A stretch of DNA of 64,000 nucleotides from Nanobdellota archaeon (GTDB taxonomy: Archaea; Nanobdellota; Nanobdellia; Parvarchaeales; Parvarchaeaceae): contig JAJZNK010000052.1 of the NCBI GenBank assembly GCA_021811735.1, positions 5,803-69,802 of the forward strand, in the 5' to 3' direction. The translations under genes and the position numbers were made by a program. Positions 53,941 to 62,186 of this stretch are shown here, in pieces; position 1 is the first letter of the stretch; the number at the start of each line of letters is the position of its first letter. The notes under the pieces were generated by a model, which had not been told where the DNA came from, did not search any database, and worked only from the letters and a program-made list of their open reading frames with translations.

Positions 53941-56184
53941 TTACTTTGTTATAAACAAGTTATAAGCCACTCTGGCGCATTGGTTGCAGTATCCCATGCT
54001 AATTAACTTGCTTGTTATTCTTTCCTGATCGAGTTCAGTTGCGGTTCCGGCAACAGATGCACTTAGTTTGTCAACGACCGCGTCGGTAAGTTCTGGATAT
54101 CGTTCGATAATTGTAGGAGTCAACATCTCAACGAGTTCATCCACTCCCTTTTTGTTATTTGTTATCGCACTGTCATTTATTATGCTGTATATACTTTCAT
54201 GTATAACGTCACTTCTGATATTTGCCCTTTTTTCTAAATCATTTACGAAGTCATAGTCTATAGGTTGTACAGTACCAAACATAGGTACTCTTACGTTTTT
54301 ATCCTTTTCTCCAGCAGTTTTATTTATGTAATAAACGTTCATTACGTATTTATTTATAAGGCTGTGCACTTTTTTATCCTCGTATTGTACCATCGATACA
54401 TCATTTCTCATCATACGCCTTATCTCGTCGTATGCATCCTGCACTATTACGCTTCCTTCCCCTTTTTCACGAGGCTGTAACCTGGCTTTTGTTTCAGGTG
54501 AGAGATCCTCAAGAGTATTGAGAAAATCCTCTATATACCTCGTTCCATTGAGATTATCCAACAATGTACCAAGACATACTTTTTTATTGAGTTCTTCCTT
54601 AGGTATATACCCTGCCTTTATACCAACATCTCTGCCAAATTCTGCGTAGGCGAGTAATTTTGATGGTGACTTTACCATATCGTCGTATGGCACACCGAGT
54701 TTTACACCCTCCTCAAGTTCTAATATTGGTTTCTGATTCGCTTCACGTACTATATCTTCCAATGATACCTTAACTTCCGGTAGGAATACTCCATTATACA
54801 AGTCTGCTTTATCCTTTAAAGAAATGTTTTCATAATGTGAAATACTGGCTTCAACCCATATTCTTGCAAGCATCCTTAAAAAATGCGGAGGGTAATGTAT
54901 ATTGAGTTCCTTTGAAGCATGGTTGTATATGTCACTAAGTGCGGTTTCTGCGTCTGAAAGTTTGGTCATAGACCGAAAAACGATTATATGCGACCTACGA
55001 AGAAGGTAAGGTTTTATACTGTCAGCTATCTTTTTGTAGTCGTCCATATTTGTTGTACCTATCATTATTGCATCAAATGACTCCTTAAAGGAAGGAGGAA
55101 CTTTCGTTCTTGTATCCTGCACAAAATCAAGCAGGGAATTAGCAAATGATGATGAACCTTTTAGTACCTCACTTATGTAGATTATATTTCCACGCGGAGA
55201 CGGAGCGGATTGGCTGCCAAGTATTCCGAAATCATACGCAAGAACATTGGAATTATCACCGCCAAGTTCATTAAGAACGCTGTAGTGCAGCCGACCACCG
55301 AATATTCCCTTATAATCCAGGTGCTGGTCATCTGCCGCAACGACCGGTTCGGAGATACTTATAACATCATCTCCGGTGGCTTTTTCAACCATTATAAGTT
55401 TTTCTATTATTTTTTGTATTTTATCAGTATCGGGTTTACCATTTTTCTGCATAAACTGGCCTAGTGAATCCTCAAGAGTCATTTTTATCTTGCCCATTGT
55501 AGAACCAACCGCCCCTCTTTTGTTTATGCTCGGTCCTTTCCAGTAATTGTCATCTACATCATCGCTCAAATTATCGACTTTATCACTCAGCACATTGATT
55601 ATTTCTTCTATTTTTGTCTTTTTATTTGTGCCGGCAATTCTTTGAAGTAGATATATCTCATCTTGTATGTTCTCACCGAGCATAAGCTTCCTCTTTCCTC
55701 TTTGGCCAAGTTGCTTTTTAACATCCCTTAAGAACTTATCTTTATCTTGCGTAGACAACTCGCTTAAGGCAGGGTTGTCTTCTAACGAATCCAAATCAAG
55801 TTTAAGTAAGTACTGTGTTCCCAAGTCACTTTCAGAATAGACTCTGAGAGTTTCAGACAAAGTATTAAGAAATTCACTTTTACCGGCCCCGGGAGGAGAT
55901 ATTATAACGGTAAGCTTATTGCGCATGTCACTATTTCTCGCAGCTCTCTTCAAAAATGAAACGAATTCATCAACAAAATTACTTGAATCATACCTTGTTT
56001 TGATATTTCTTTGATCATCTTCTTGTTTCACAAGGAACTGCCACTGTCTGTCTTTTTTGCCATAAGAATATATTGCTGACAGCAGACGTTGCTGCGCATT
56101 ATAAAAAATCTCTGGCCTGTCCTTGCTGAAATCAAGAAATTCATCCAAAGTCATTTTCTGTTTTACTTCTGTTTTTACTCCCAT
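53941..56184 (-). CDS. prkA: PrkA/YeaG family AAA+ serine-kinase-like protein (747 aa)
   Basis: N-terminal LDEFLDF...PEIFYNAQQRL and Walker A IISPPGAGKSEF, followed by a long C-terminal PrkA-type region. It is the first gene of the four-gene string. Confidence 0.85.
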   Translation of the reverse strand: MGVKTEVKQKMTLDEFLDFSKDRPEIFYNAQQRLLSAIYSYGKKDRQWQFLVKQEDDQRNIKTRYDSSNFVDEFVSFLKRAARNSDMRNKLTVIISPPGAGKSEFLNTLSETLRVYSESDLGTQYLLKLDLDSLEDNPALSELSTQDKDKFLRDVKKQLGQRGKRKLMLGENIQDEIYLLQRIAGTNKKTKIEEIINVLSDKVDNLSDDVDDNYWKGPSINKRGAVGSTMGKIKMTLEDSLGQFMQKNGKPDTDKIQKIIEKLIMVEKATGDDVISISEPVVAADDQHLDYKGIFGGRLHYSVLNELGGDNSNVLAYDFGILGSQSAPSPRGNIIYISEVLKGSSSFANSLLDFVQDTRTKVPPSFKESFDAIMIGTTNMDDYKKIADSIKPYLLRRSHIIVFRSMTKLSDAETALSDIYNHASKELNIHYPPHFLRMLARIWVEASISHYENISLKDKADLYNGVFLPEVKVSLEDIVREANQKPILELEEGVKLGVPYDDMVKSPSKLLAYAEFGRDVGIKAGYIPKEELNKKVCLGTLLDNLNGTRYIEDFLNTLEDLSPETKARLQPREKGEGSVIVQDAYDEIRRMMRNDVSMVQYEDKKVHSLINKYVMNVYYINKTAGEKDKNVRVPMFGTVQPIDYDFVNDLEKRANIRSDVIHESIYSIINDSAITNNKKGVDELVEMLTPTIIERYPELTDAVVDKLSASVAGTATELDQERITSKLISMGYCNQCARVAYNLFITK

Positions 56185-56491
56185 AACTCAACCCCCAGTT
56201 TATATAAGAATATAACTCACTTATATATCTTTTCTTCAAAAAATTACAAACTTTAGCCCTATTTTTGATAAAAATTATAGAGTTTAAATGGCATATTTCT
56301 ACTCTTTTATAATGTCAATGCTTATTTTAGAATTTAGCTTGATTTTTATACAGATTACCATATATGAAGAGATTTGGTAAGTCGATTCAATTATTTACCC
56401 GGATGCAAATTTTGATGATTATTTGTTTCTGTTTAATATCTCAAGAAATGTGGGATGAAGAAACCAATTAAATTAACGCCACTGTCAAAAC

Positions 56492-56513
56492 ACTGTCTTA
56501 GTCGAAAGACAGT
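56492..56513 (-). terminator. Putative hisS terminator hairpin
   Basis: Perfect 8-bp inverted repeat ACTGTCTT/AAGACAGT with a 6-nt loop, 12 nt downstream of the hisS stop. On the minus strand it is followed by GTGTTTTGAC. Confidence 0.4.
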
Positions 56514-56525
56514 CTAAAGTTCTTA

Positions 56526-57773
56526 CTATTGGGGATTATAACTTATAATTTTCAGAAGTTCTTTTTCAAGGTTGGTTATATCAAGCTTAATATCTTTTTT
56601 TGCGTCCAGGTCCCTTACAGTTATCTTGCCTTCTTGTATATCTCTATCACCTACAATGATGGCGAACTTTATTTTCTTTGAATTACAGTAATCAAGGCCC
56701 TTTGAAAGTGATACTTTGTCGAGCAGGACATCTGTCACTATACCAGCTTCCCTGAGTTTCATTGTTATGTCTCTTGCTTTTTCAACGCTGTCTATATTTA
56801 TCACGCAAAAACTTTTCTGAAATTCGTTCTTATCATTCTCAAGAATTGTTTCCATAATCACGTCAAATCCTATTGCACCGCCCACTATCTGCAGATCTGA
56901 ATCGAAATTTTTACTCAGCTTGTCATATCTTCCGCCACCAGCCATTACAACACCTTTAAACTTTCCTTCGGTAAATTCGAATTCGAATATAGTGCCATCG
57001 TAATAGTCCTGACCCCTCACAAGAGACCTGTCAAAAATCACATTATCTATACCGTAGCTTTTCTTTAAATCGGAAATCAGCGTAGTAAGTTCATCAAAAC
57101 CATTAAGGTGACTGATATCACTACCAGATAGATATTCCTTGATTTTTTCTGCCTTTTCTACGCCGATTATAGCAGTTATTTTGGTTATAACCTCTTCGAG
57201 CCCGACTTTATGTATTTTGTCTATCTCTCTAAGCACCTGGATGATATCTTCGATTTTAAGTTCAAGTGTCTGCATCAAGGAGGTGAGTATCTTTCTGTTA
57301 CTCACATTTATGATATATCCTTTTACTCCTATCTTTTTAAGAGCAAAATCTATGCACGCTATTATCTCCGAATCATAAAATATACTGGGGGATCCGAATA
57401 CATCTATATCCGCCTGTATAAATTCTCTCCACCTACCCTTCCTAACATCGTCATATCTCCATACATTGCCGATACTGTAGGCTTTCAGCGGAAAAATCAA
57501 TGATTTATCCGAAGAGACTACTCTTAATTTAGACACTGTATGTTCCGGACGCAACGCAAGTTTTTCGCCCTTTTTATCTTCAAAAGAATACAACTGTGAT
57601 TCTATTTCCGGGCCTGATTTATCTGTAAAAAGTGATAGATATTCAAAAGCTGGTGTTTCTATGGGTTCAAAACCGAATAGTTCATAGGTTTTTCTTATTG
57701 TTTCCAGAACCTGTTGCCTGATAAACGCTTTTCTGCCCGTAAAATCTCTCACCCCTTTGACTTTATCAACCAT
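56526..57773 (-). CDS. hisS: Histidine--tRNA ligase
   Basis: Class II motifs LRPEHT, WRYDDVRKGRWREFIQADIDVFG and AGGGRYD, plus a C-terminal anticodon-binding domain. Confidence 0.95.
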   Translation of the reverse strand: MVDKVKGVRDFTGRKAFIRQQVLETIRKTYELFGFEPIETPAFEYLSLFTDKSGPEIESQLYSFEDKKGEKLALRPEHTVSKLRVVSSDKSLIFPLKAYSIGNVWRYDDVRKGRWREFIQADIDVFGSPSIFYDSEIIACIDFALKKIGVKGYIINVSNRKILTSLMQTLELKIEDIIQVLREIDKIHKVGLEEVITKITAIIGVEKAEKIKEYLSGSDISHLNGFDELTTLISDLKKSYGIDNVIFDRSLVRGQDYYDGTIFEFEFTEGKFKGVVMAGGGRYDKLSKNFDSDLQIVGGAIGFDVIMETILENDKNEFQKSFCVINIDSVEKARDITMKLREAGIVTDVLLDKVSLSKGLDYCNSKKIKFAIIVGDRDIQEGKITVRDLDAKKDIKLDITNLEKELLKIISYNPQ

Positions 57774-58026
57774 ATTATCTAATTTCTCCTGATACGTCTA
57801 ACGTCACTTTACCGATAAAGTATCTGCAGATATAACGGATCCGTGACGACTCTTTCCACTGATCTACAGATGCCGAGTTATTTGCAGGTTTATACTCTGT
57901 CAACATATATTTTTATATTTCACTCAGATTATTTATATCTTGTATAATCAGTATATTACCTTTAAATCTCAAAACTAAATCAATGAGCACTCACCCTAAA
58001 TAAAGTTTAGAATCTAAAAAATAAAA

Positions 58027-58048
58027 AGGCTCAAAAAATAAGGAGCCT
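58027..58048 (-). terminator. Putative terminator hairpin plus T-tract
   Basis: AGGCTC-N10-GAGCCT stem-loop about 20 nt downstream of the 58070 stop. On the minus strand it is followed by TTTTTATTTTTT. Confidence 0.45.
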
Positions 58049-58069
58049 CGCAAAAAAATCTGTTTTTGC

Positions 58070-58468
58070 TTATGCAACGGATTCGACATCGTCCTTTTTA
58101 GCTTGTTTGGCCTGTTTTCTGCTCAAATAGAACAAACCAAGAGATACTGCAACTCCTACTGCTCCAAGTCCGAACAGTATATTTGCATCAGTTTGGTATG
58201 CGTTAGCAGTTCTGAGCCAGCCTCCATAAGTATTATAGAAAGCCTGCGTAAATACCTTATTTAACATGCTCTCGCTAGGAAATCTTTCCTTAAGCTGCAA
58301 CATATTATTTTGCCACTCGTAGTCTATACGACTCAAATCGACGTTGTATAGTCCATTATATTTACCATAGAACTCTAGTGCCTTAGACTCCTCATATGCG
58401 CCTCCTCCAATCGAAGCAACGCCAGCACCGCCAAAAACTAGTTCTCCAAGTTTCCTTTTTATTCCCAT
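58070..58468 (-). CDS. C-terminally anchored membrane protein, unknown function
   Basis: 132 aa with a Gly-rich N-terminus, one C-terminal TM helix (ILFGLGAVGVAVSLGLFYL) and a charged tail. Confidence 0.55.
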   Translation of the reverse strand: MGIKRKLGELVFGGAGVASIGGGAYEESKALEFYGKYNGLYNVDLSRIDYEWQNNMLQLKERFPSESMLNKVFTQAFYNTYGGWLRTANAYQTDANILFGLGAVGVAVSLGLFYLSRKQAKQAKKDDVESVA

Positions 58469-58596
58469 ATTACCTCCATTTTTAATTACTTATAATGAAA
58501 CATACTAGTATAAATACTTTACTTTAAGTTTTACGTCGTATACAAATCCTTATTCCAAGAATGCTTAATGTGAGTATCATTCAAAATACAAACTAG

Positions 58597-59304
58597 CTAC
58601 TCTCCAACTATCTTAAGATAAGCCTTTTCAAGGCCCTTATACTTTTTCTGCAGGTTTCTTACGGTGTCCTCTTTCAGTATTTTACCGTTGTTTATAAAAA
58701 TTATACTGTCACAGACTTCCTTTATTTCCTGTATTACATGAGAACTTATCAGAATAAGCCTGTCTTTTTTAAGAGAAAGCACTAATTTCTTAAATTTCGC
58801 ACGTTCGGCAGGATCAAGGCCACTGGTAGGTTCATCCAGTATGAGTATAGGCGGTTCCGATAACAATGCGGCTGCAAGAGAAACTCTCTGTCTCTGACCT
58901 TTTGATAGTCTCCCTATCCTTGAATTTTGTGGGGGAAGGTCCAATAGTTTTTGATATTTCTCTATCTGTCTGTTACTTTCTTTTTTGCTCAGTCCTCTAA
59001 ATTCAGCTGACATTCTAAGCGCTTCGATAACCGTTTGCATCCTGTCAGGTTCCGGAGATTCGATGACAGTGCCCATATTAAGAAGGGCTGATTTTAGGTT
59101 CTTAGTGACATCAAAACCGTTTACGTAGACTGAACCGGATGTCGGCCTAAGCAATCCCGTGAGTATCTTAAAAGTAGTTGTCTTTCCTGCACCGTTTGGG
59201 CCAAGATAACCGATTATACCTTTTCCATTGTGTTTGAAAGAGACATTATCAAGCACCACTTTGCTTCCGTATCTTTTTGTAAGGTTCTTTATGTCTATTT
59301 CCAT
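58597..59304 (-). CDS. ABC transporter ATP-binding protein (ABC-2 type exporter)
   Basis: GPNGAGKTT, LSKGQRQRVSLAAAL and LILDEPTSGLD. Confidence 0.93.
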   Translation of the reverse strand: MEIDIKNLTKRYGSKVVLDNVSFKHNGKGIIGYLGPNGAGKTTTFKILTGLLRPTSGSVYVNGFDVTKNLKSALLNMGTVIESPEPDRMQTVIEALRMSAEFRGLSKKESNRQIEKYQKLLDLPPQNSRIGRLSKGQRQRVSLAAALLSEPPILILDEPTSGLDPAERAKFKKLVLSLKKDRLILISSHVIQEIKEVCDSIIFINNGKILKEDTVRNLQKKYKGLEKAYLKIVGE

Positions 59305-60164
59305 CAGCCCTTTACCTCCTTGCGTTTATATATGAGCATGCTGGCCGTGAAAAATATTATCATGTAACTCAGCATTATTTCTACACCCTCATAAACGTAT
59401 GGCATATATTCTGTTATCGTAAAACTTCCGCCTTTTGTTAGTGCAGGTGCCTTTATCTGTGAATAATGCACGAAGTGCGTGGAAAAAACGGTGTAAACGA
59501 CTTGTCCTCCATAATTCACCAAAAACCAGGGTTCTATAGCGGCAAGGCCCTGCAAAACATTCGATATCATTGGCAGAACTATTATCAACAGAAGAATTAC
59601 CGCAATAGCACTGGTCTGGGGGTTGTTGAACAGTGAACTCAAAAAAAACGCGAACGACATCACTGAAAGGATGAAAAGGATTACCAGCCCTATAGACAAT
59701 AAAAATGCAGAAGATATTTCAGAGAAGAAATAAAGAGATGATACTGCTCCAAAAACATAATATATAAGTGTTATCATGAAAGATGCAAGGAATGCTGCTA
59801 GATATCTGCCTAAAAGAAGGGAGCTTCTCCTTACAGGTTGGACTAAGATATAATAGCTATAATTGGAAGAAAAATCTGTGGCTATTGCATTTCCACCGAA
59901 AAACGCAGCAACAAGCACAACAACGAACGGCAGGTTTTGCATGAAACTGAAAAGGAAGTTGGATGAATTATTGTATTCGGCCGTTATTGTATTTATACCC
60001 GCATGGACTTCAAACGCGAAAACCACTGCTGAAATTAATACCACGACTATCGCCATCGCAATAAAGCGTTTTGTCCTTAGATAAGATTTGAACTGGTATT
60101 TAAAAGAAACAGCTATTTCATTAAGTCTACCGATATCTTTTGAAAATGCCATCTGGTCCTTCAT
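59304..60164 (-). CDS. ABC-2 family transporter permease
   Basis: 286 aa with about 6 TM helices. It has a 1-nt overlap with the downstream ATPase gene. Confidence 0.8.
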   Translation of the reverse strand: MKDQMAFSKDIGRLNEIAVSFKYQFKSYLRTKRFIAMAIVVVLISAVVFAFEVHAGINTITAEYNNSSNFLFSFMQNLPFVVVLVAAFFGGNAIATDFSSNYSYYILVQPVRRSSLLLGRYLAAFLASFMITLIYYVFGAVSSLYFFSEISSAFLLSIGLVILFILSVMSFAFFLSSLFNNPQTSAIAVILLLIIVLPMISNVLQGLAAIEPWFLVNYGGQVVYTVFSTHFVHYSQIKAPALTKGGSFTITEYMPYVYEGVEIMLSYMIIFFTASMLIYKRKEVKG

Positions 60165-60326
60165 TCAATATGTAATATATAATACCTTAAATAAGTATGT
60201 AAACTCTATTGTTTTACAGTCTTTAACATAGACAAGATGGAATTCACGAACGTTATCTAAGATGCACATATCTTGATAAAAGTATAAAGACTTGACCATA
60301 TTCATATCAAGTAGTGGTAATTATAA

Positions 60327-60413
60327 CGCCCCGAGCGGGATTCGGACCCGCGTCAATGCCGTTCTGTTATTCGATTGACAGGGCACTATCCTAGACCACT
60401 AGACTATCGGGGC
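60327..60413 (-). tRNA. tRNA-Asp (anticodon GTC) with a ~14-nt intron after position 37
   Basis: Hand fold: acceptor GCCCCGA/UCGGGGC, anticodon stem GUGCC...GGCAU, loop CUGUCA followed by an insert AUCGAAUAACAGAA (about 60362-60375). Within the insert, ACAG can pair with CUGU of the loop. T-arm GCGGG-UCCGAAU-CCCGC. Total 87 nt. Exact splice junctions are not determined. Confidence 0.8.
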
Positions 60414-60704
60414 TAATACTCTCTGTTTAGAGGATGCCTTGACATTTTATGAAAATAGAAAACGAGCAGAGTTTAAATAGTTTTCAGAACTCGATTTTGT
60501 TAGCCACTACAACTTCTAATAATAAAAGTCTTTCCAAAAGGGCCATGCAAAAGAAAGCGTGGCAGCAGTCTCATAAGGACTCGGTCAGACTTTCAAACCG
60601 CCGATGGCACTGGAAACTTAAACTAGAAGTCCTATATATAGAAATTATAGAAATACTTGCAACGTATGTTGCCTCCGCATTTTTATGGCTTTGGATAAAT
60701 GGAA

Positions 60705-62186
60705 CTAAGCTTTTATATGCAGAACCAGAGAGTTCGACTTTTTTGAATAAGCTTTACCATTTAGATAAAATTTAGAGTCTGCTTTATCAAGTTCAAAGTT
60801 TCCTACTATCCCTATCTTGCTTTTTACCTCGTACATAACTATTATTTCATCTCCAGGATTAAGCTCCTCTTCTTTCCACGAAATTTTCATCATGTCGCCA
60901 TGTTTTGTTACCTTTCCCTCCTTCTGACCAGCCTTTGCTATCTTCAGTGAGTTTGGCGGGATGCTGTCCACTATTTCGATTCCGTGGATCCTTTTTCTTG
61001 CAATGTTTTTCAATCTAAGAGCAATTTTCACGTCTATGACCCCGTCTACAGCCTTGTGCTCTATTACTTCTTTCCTAAAAGTCACCTTCCTGTTAAAGTA
61101 AAGGAAAATTATAATTGCCAGCGCTATTATAAGGACGATAAAATATATTTGGTAGTAGGACACGCTATAGTTTAATGTTATTGACTGACCAGGCAAGAGC
61201 TGGTTTACCGATGGAAAGACAGATCCATTCTGCATTATAGCAGAGCCTACAGATGAGCCTTTAAACGTCACAAACAGTGAATTAAAAGGACTTATGGATA
61301 GGGATAAATTGCTCCTGTTTATAGGAATATTACCGATGTTCTTTATAGTTATCGACGAACTGCCGCCAAATATGTTAAAGCTCGAAGTCTTTGTAACAAC
61401 GGGTTTGTAATAACTTAAAATTTTAACCGGGAAGAAAAGCTTTGAAATGTTCTGATTATAATTAGTATAGACTGATATATTATAGGATCCTGGGGAAAGT
61501 GGAGCGTTGAAGTTGTTTATAGGTATAGTAAAATTAAATGAATTTAGACCGAGGTTGTCTATAACCTCGTTTTTGGAACCGGAATATATAAGTTTGCCAT
61601 TAGAAGAAAGATTGTAGACGAACGGCAAGATTACTCCGACATTGCCCAGTGAATTCATCACGTTTACCTGAAAGTTTATTACATTGTATGGGTAGAATGC
61701 CTTCGAGGAGTTTATCGAATAAAGATATATTGATGTTTTAGCTATGGGGATTATTGCGGCGTATAGCTCGAATGAAGAAGAGACTCCATTCGCAGTATAT
61801 GGTATCTGCATGTTTATTGGGGAGGAGAAAAATACATCCTTGGCCTCGAATGAAAACAAGATAGTCTTTGTCTGATTAGGTAGCAGAGTAAAGCTCTGTG
61901 GGGTTGCCCCTATCCCGTTAAAATAACCGTAATATATTATAGACGCTCTGCCTGTATTTATCGATATATTCTGAGTACTGTTCAGATTGTTATAAAATGT
62001 GAAATTTACATATGAAACCGCATTTGATTGAACTGTAATAGACGTTGGACTAACCTTAAGGGCGTGCGAATTTCCCACAAAGATAAGCATCGACAATAGC
62101 AAAAGAGCAAAAAACACTGCATGCGCATTTGATTTGTTCATAATCATAAAGGTATTTTGGGCGTTAAATAGATTTAAACATTTCAA
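60705..62186 (-). CDS. Secreted or membrane-spanning beta-rich protein (sequon-rich ectodomain, one TM, ~130-aa C-terminal beta-sandwich-like domain)
   Basis: Signal peptide (VFFALLLLSMLIFVGNSHA), many N-X-S/T sites, a TM helix (IYFIVLIIALAIIIFLYF), then a DUF11/CARDB-like tail (IEIVDSIPPNS...NPGDEIIVMYEV). ATGA overlap with the GT4 stop. Confidence 0.65.
   Translation of the reverse strand: MKCLNLFNAQNTFMIMNKSNAHAVFFALLLLSMLIFVGNSHALKVSPTSITVQSNAVSYVNFTFYNNLNSTQNISINTGRASIIYYGYFNGIGATPQSFTLLPNQTKTILFSFEAKDVFFSSPINMQIPYTANGVSSSFELYAAIIPIAKTSIYLYSINSSKAFYPYNVINFQVNVMNSLGNVGVILPFVYNLSSNGKLIYSGSKNEVIDNLGLNSFNFTIPINNFNAPLSPGSYNISVYTNYNQNISKLFFPVKILSYYKPVVTKTSSFNIFGGSSSITIKNIGNIPINRSNLSLSISPFNSLFVTFKGSSVGSAIMQNGSVFPSVNQLLPGQSITLNYSVSYYQIYFIVLIIALAIIIFLYFNRKVTFRKEVIEHKAVDGVIDVKIALRLKNIARKRIHGIEIVDSIPPNSLKIAKAGQKEGKVTKHGDMMKISWKEEELNPGDEIIVMYEVKSKIGIVGNFELDKADSKFYLNGKAYSKKSNSLVLHIKA

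Noticed and set aside
56185-56491. 30-codon hydrophobic ORF (MAYFYSFIMSMLILEFSLIFIQITIYEEIW, ~56290-56382) in the prkA/hisS spacer.
   Set aside because: It is very short and AT-driven, with no start context or conservation evidence available. The spacer is more simply explained as the prkA operon promoter region plus the hisS terminator.
60535-60610. Possible SRP RNA helix-8-like element, because GGCAGCAG and GGUCAG strings occur near srp-like context.
   Set aside because: The order and orientation of the strings do not match the conserved SRP RNA asymmetric-loop/GNAR-tetraloop arrangement. The local hairpin is only 4 bp, and I found no 5'/3' closing helix.
60449-60775. The 108-aa plus-strand ORF next to tRNA-Asp, considered as a confident CDS.
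   Set aside because: It would overlap the convergent 493-aa gene by 71 nt and has no recognisable domain. It is kept only as part of a finding, not as a feature.
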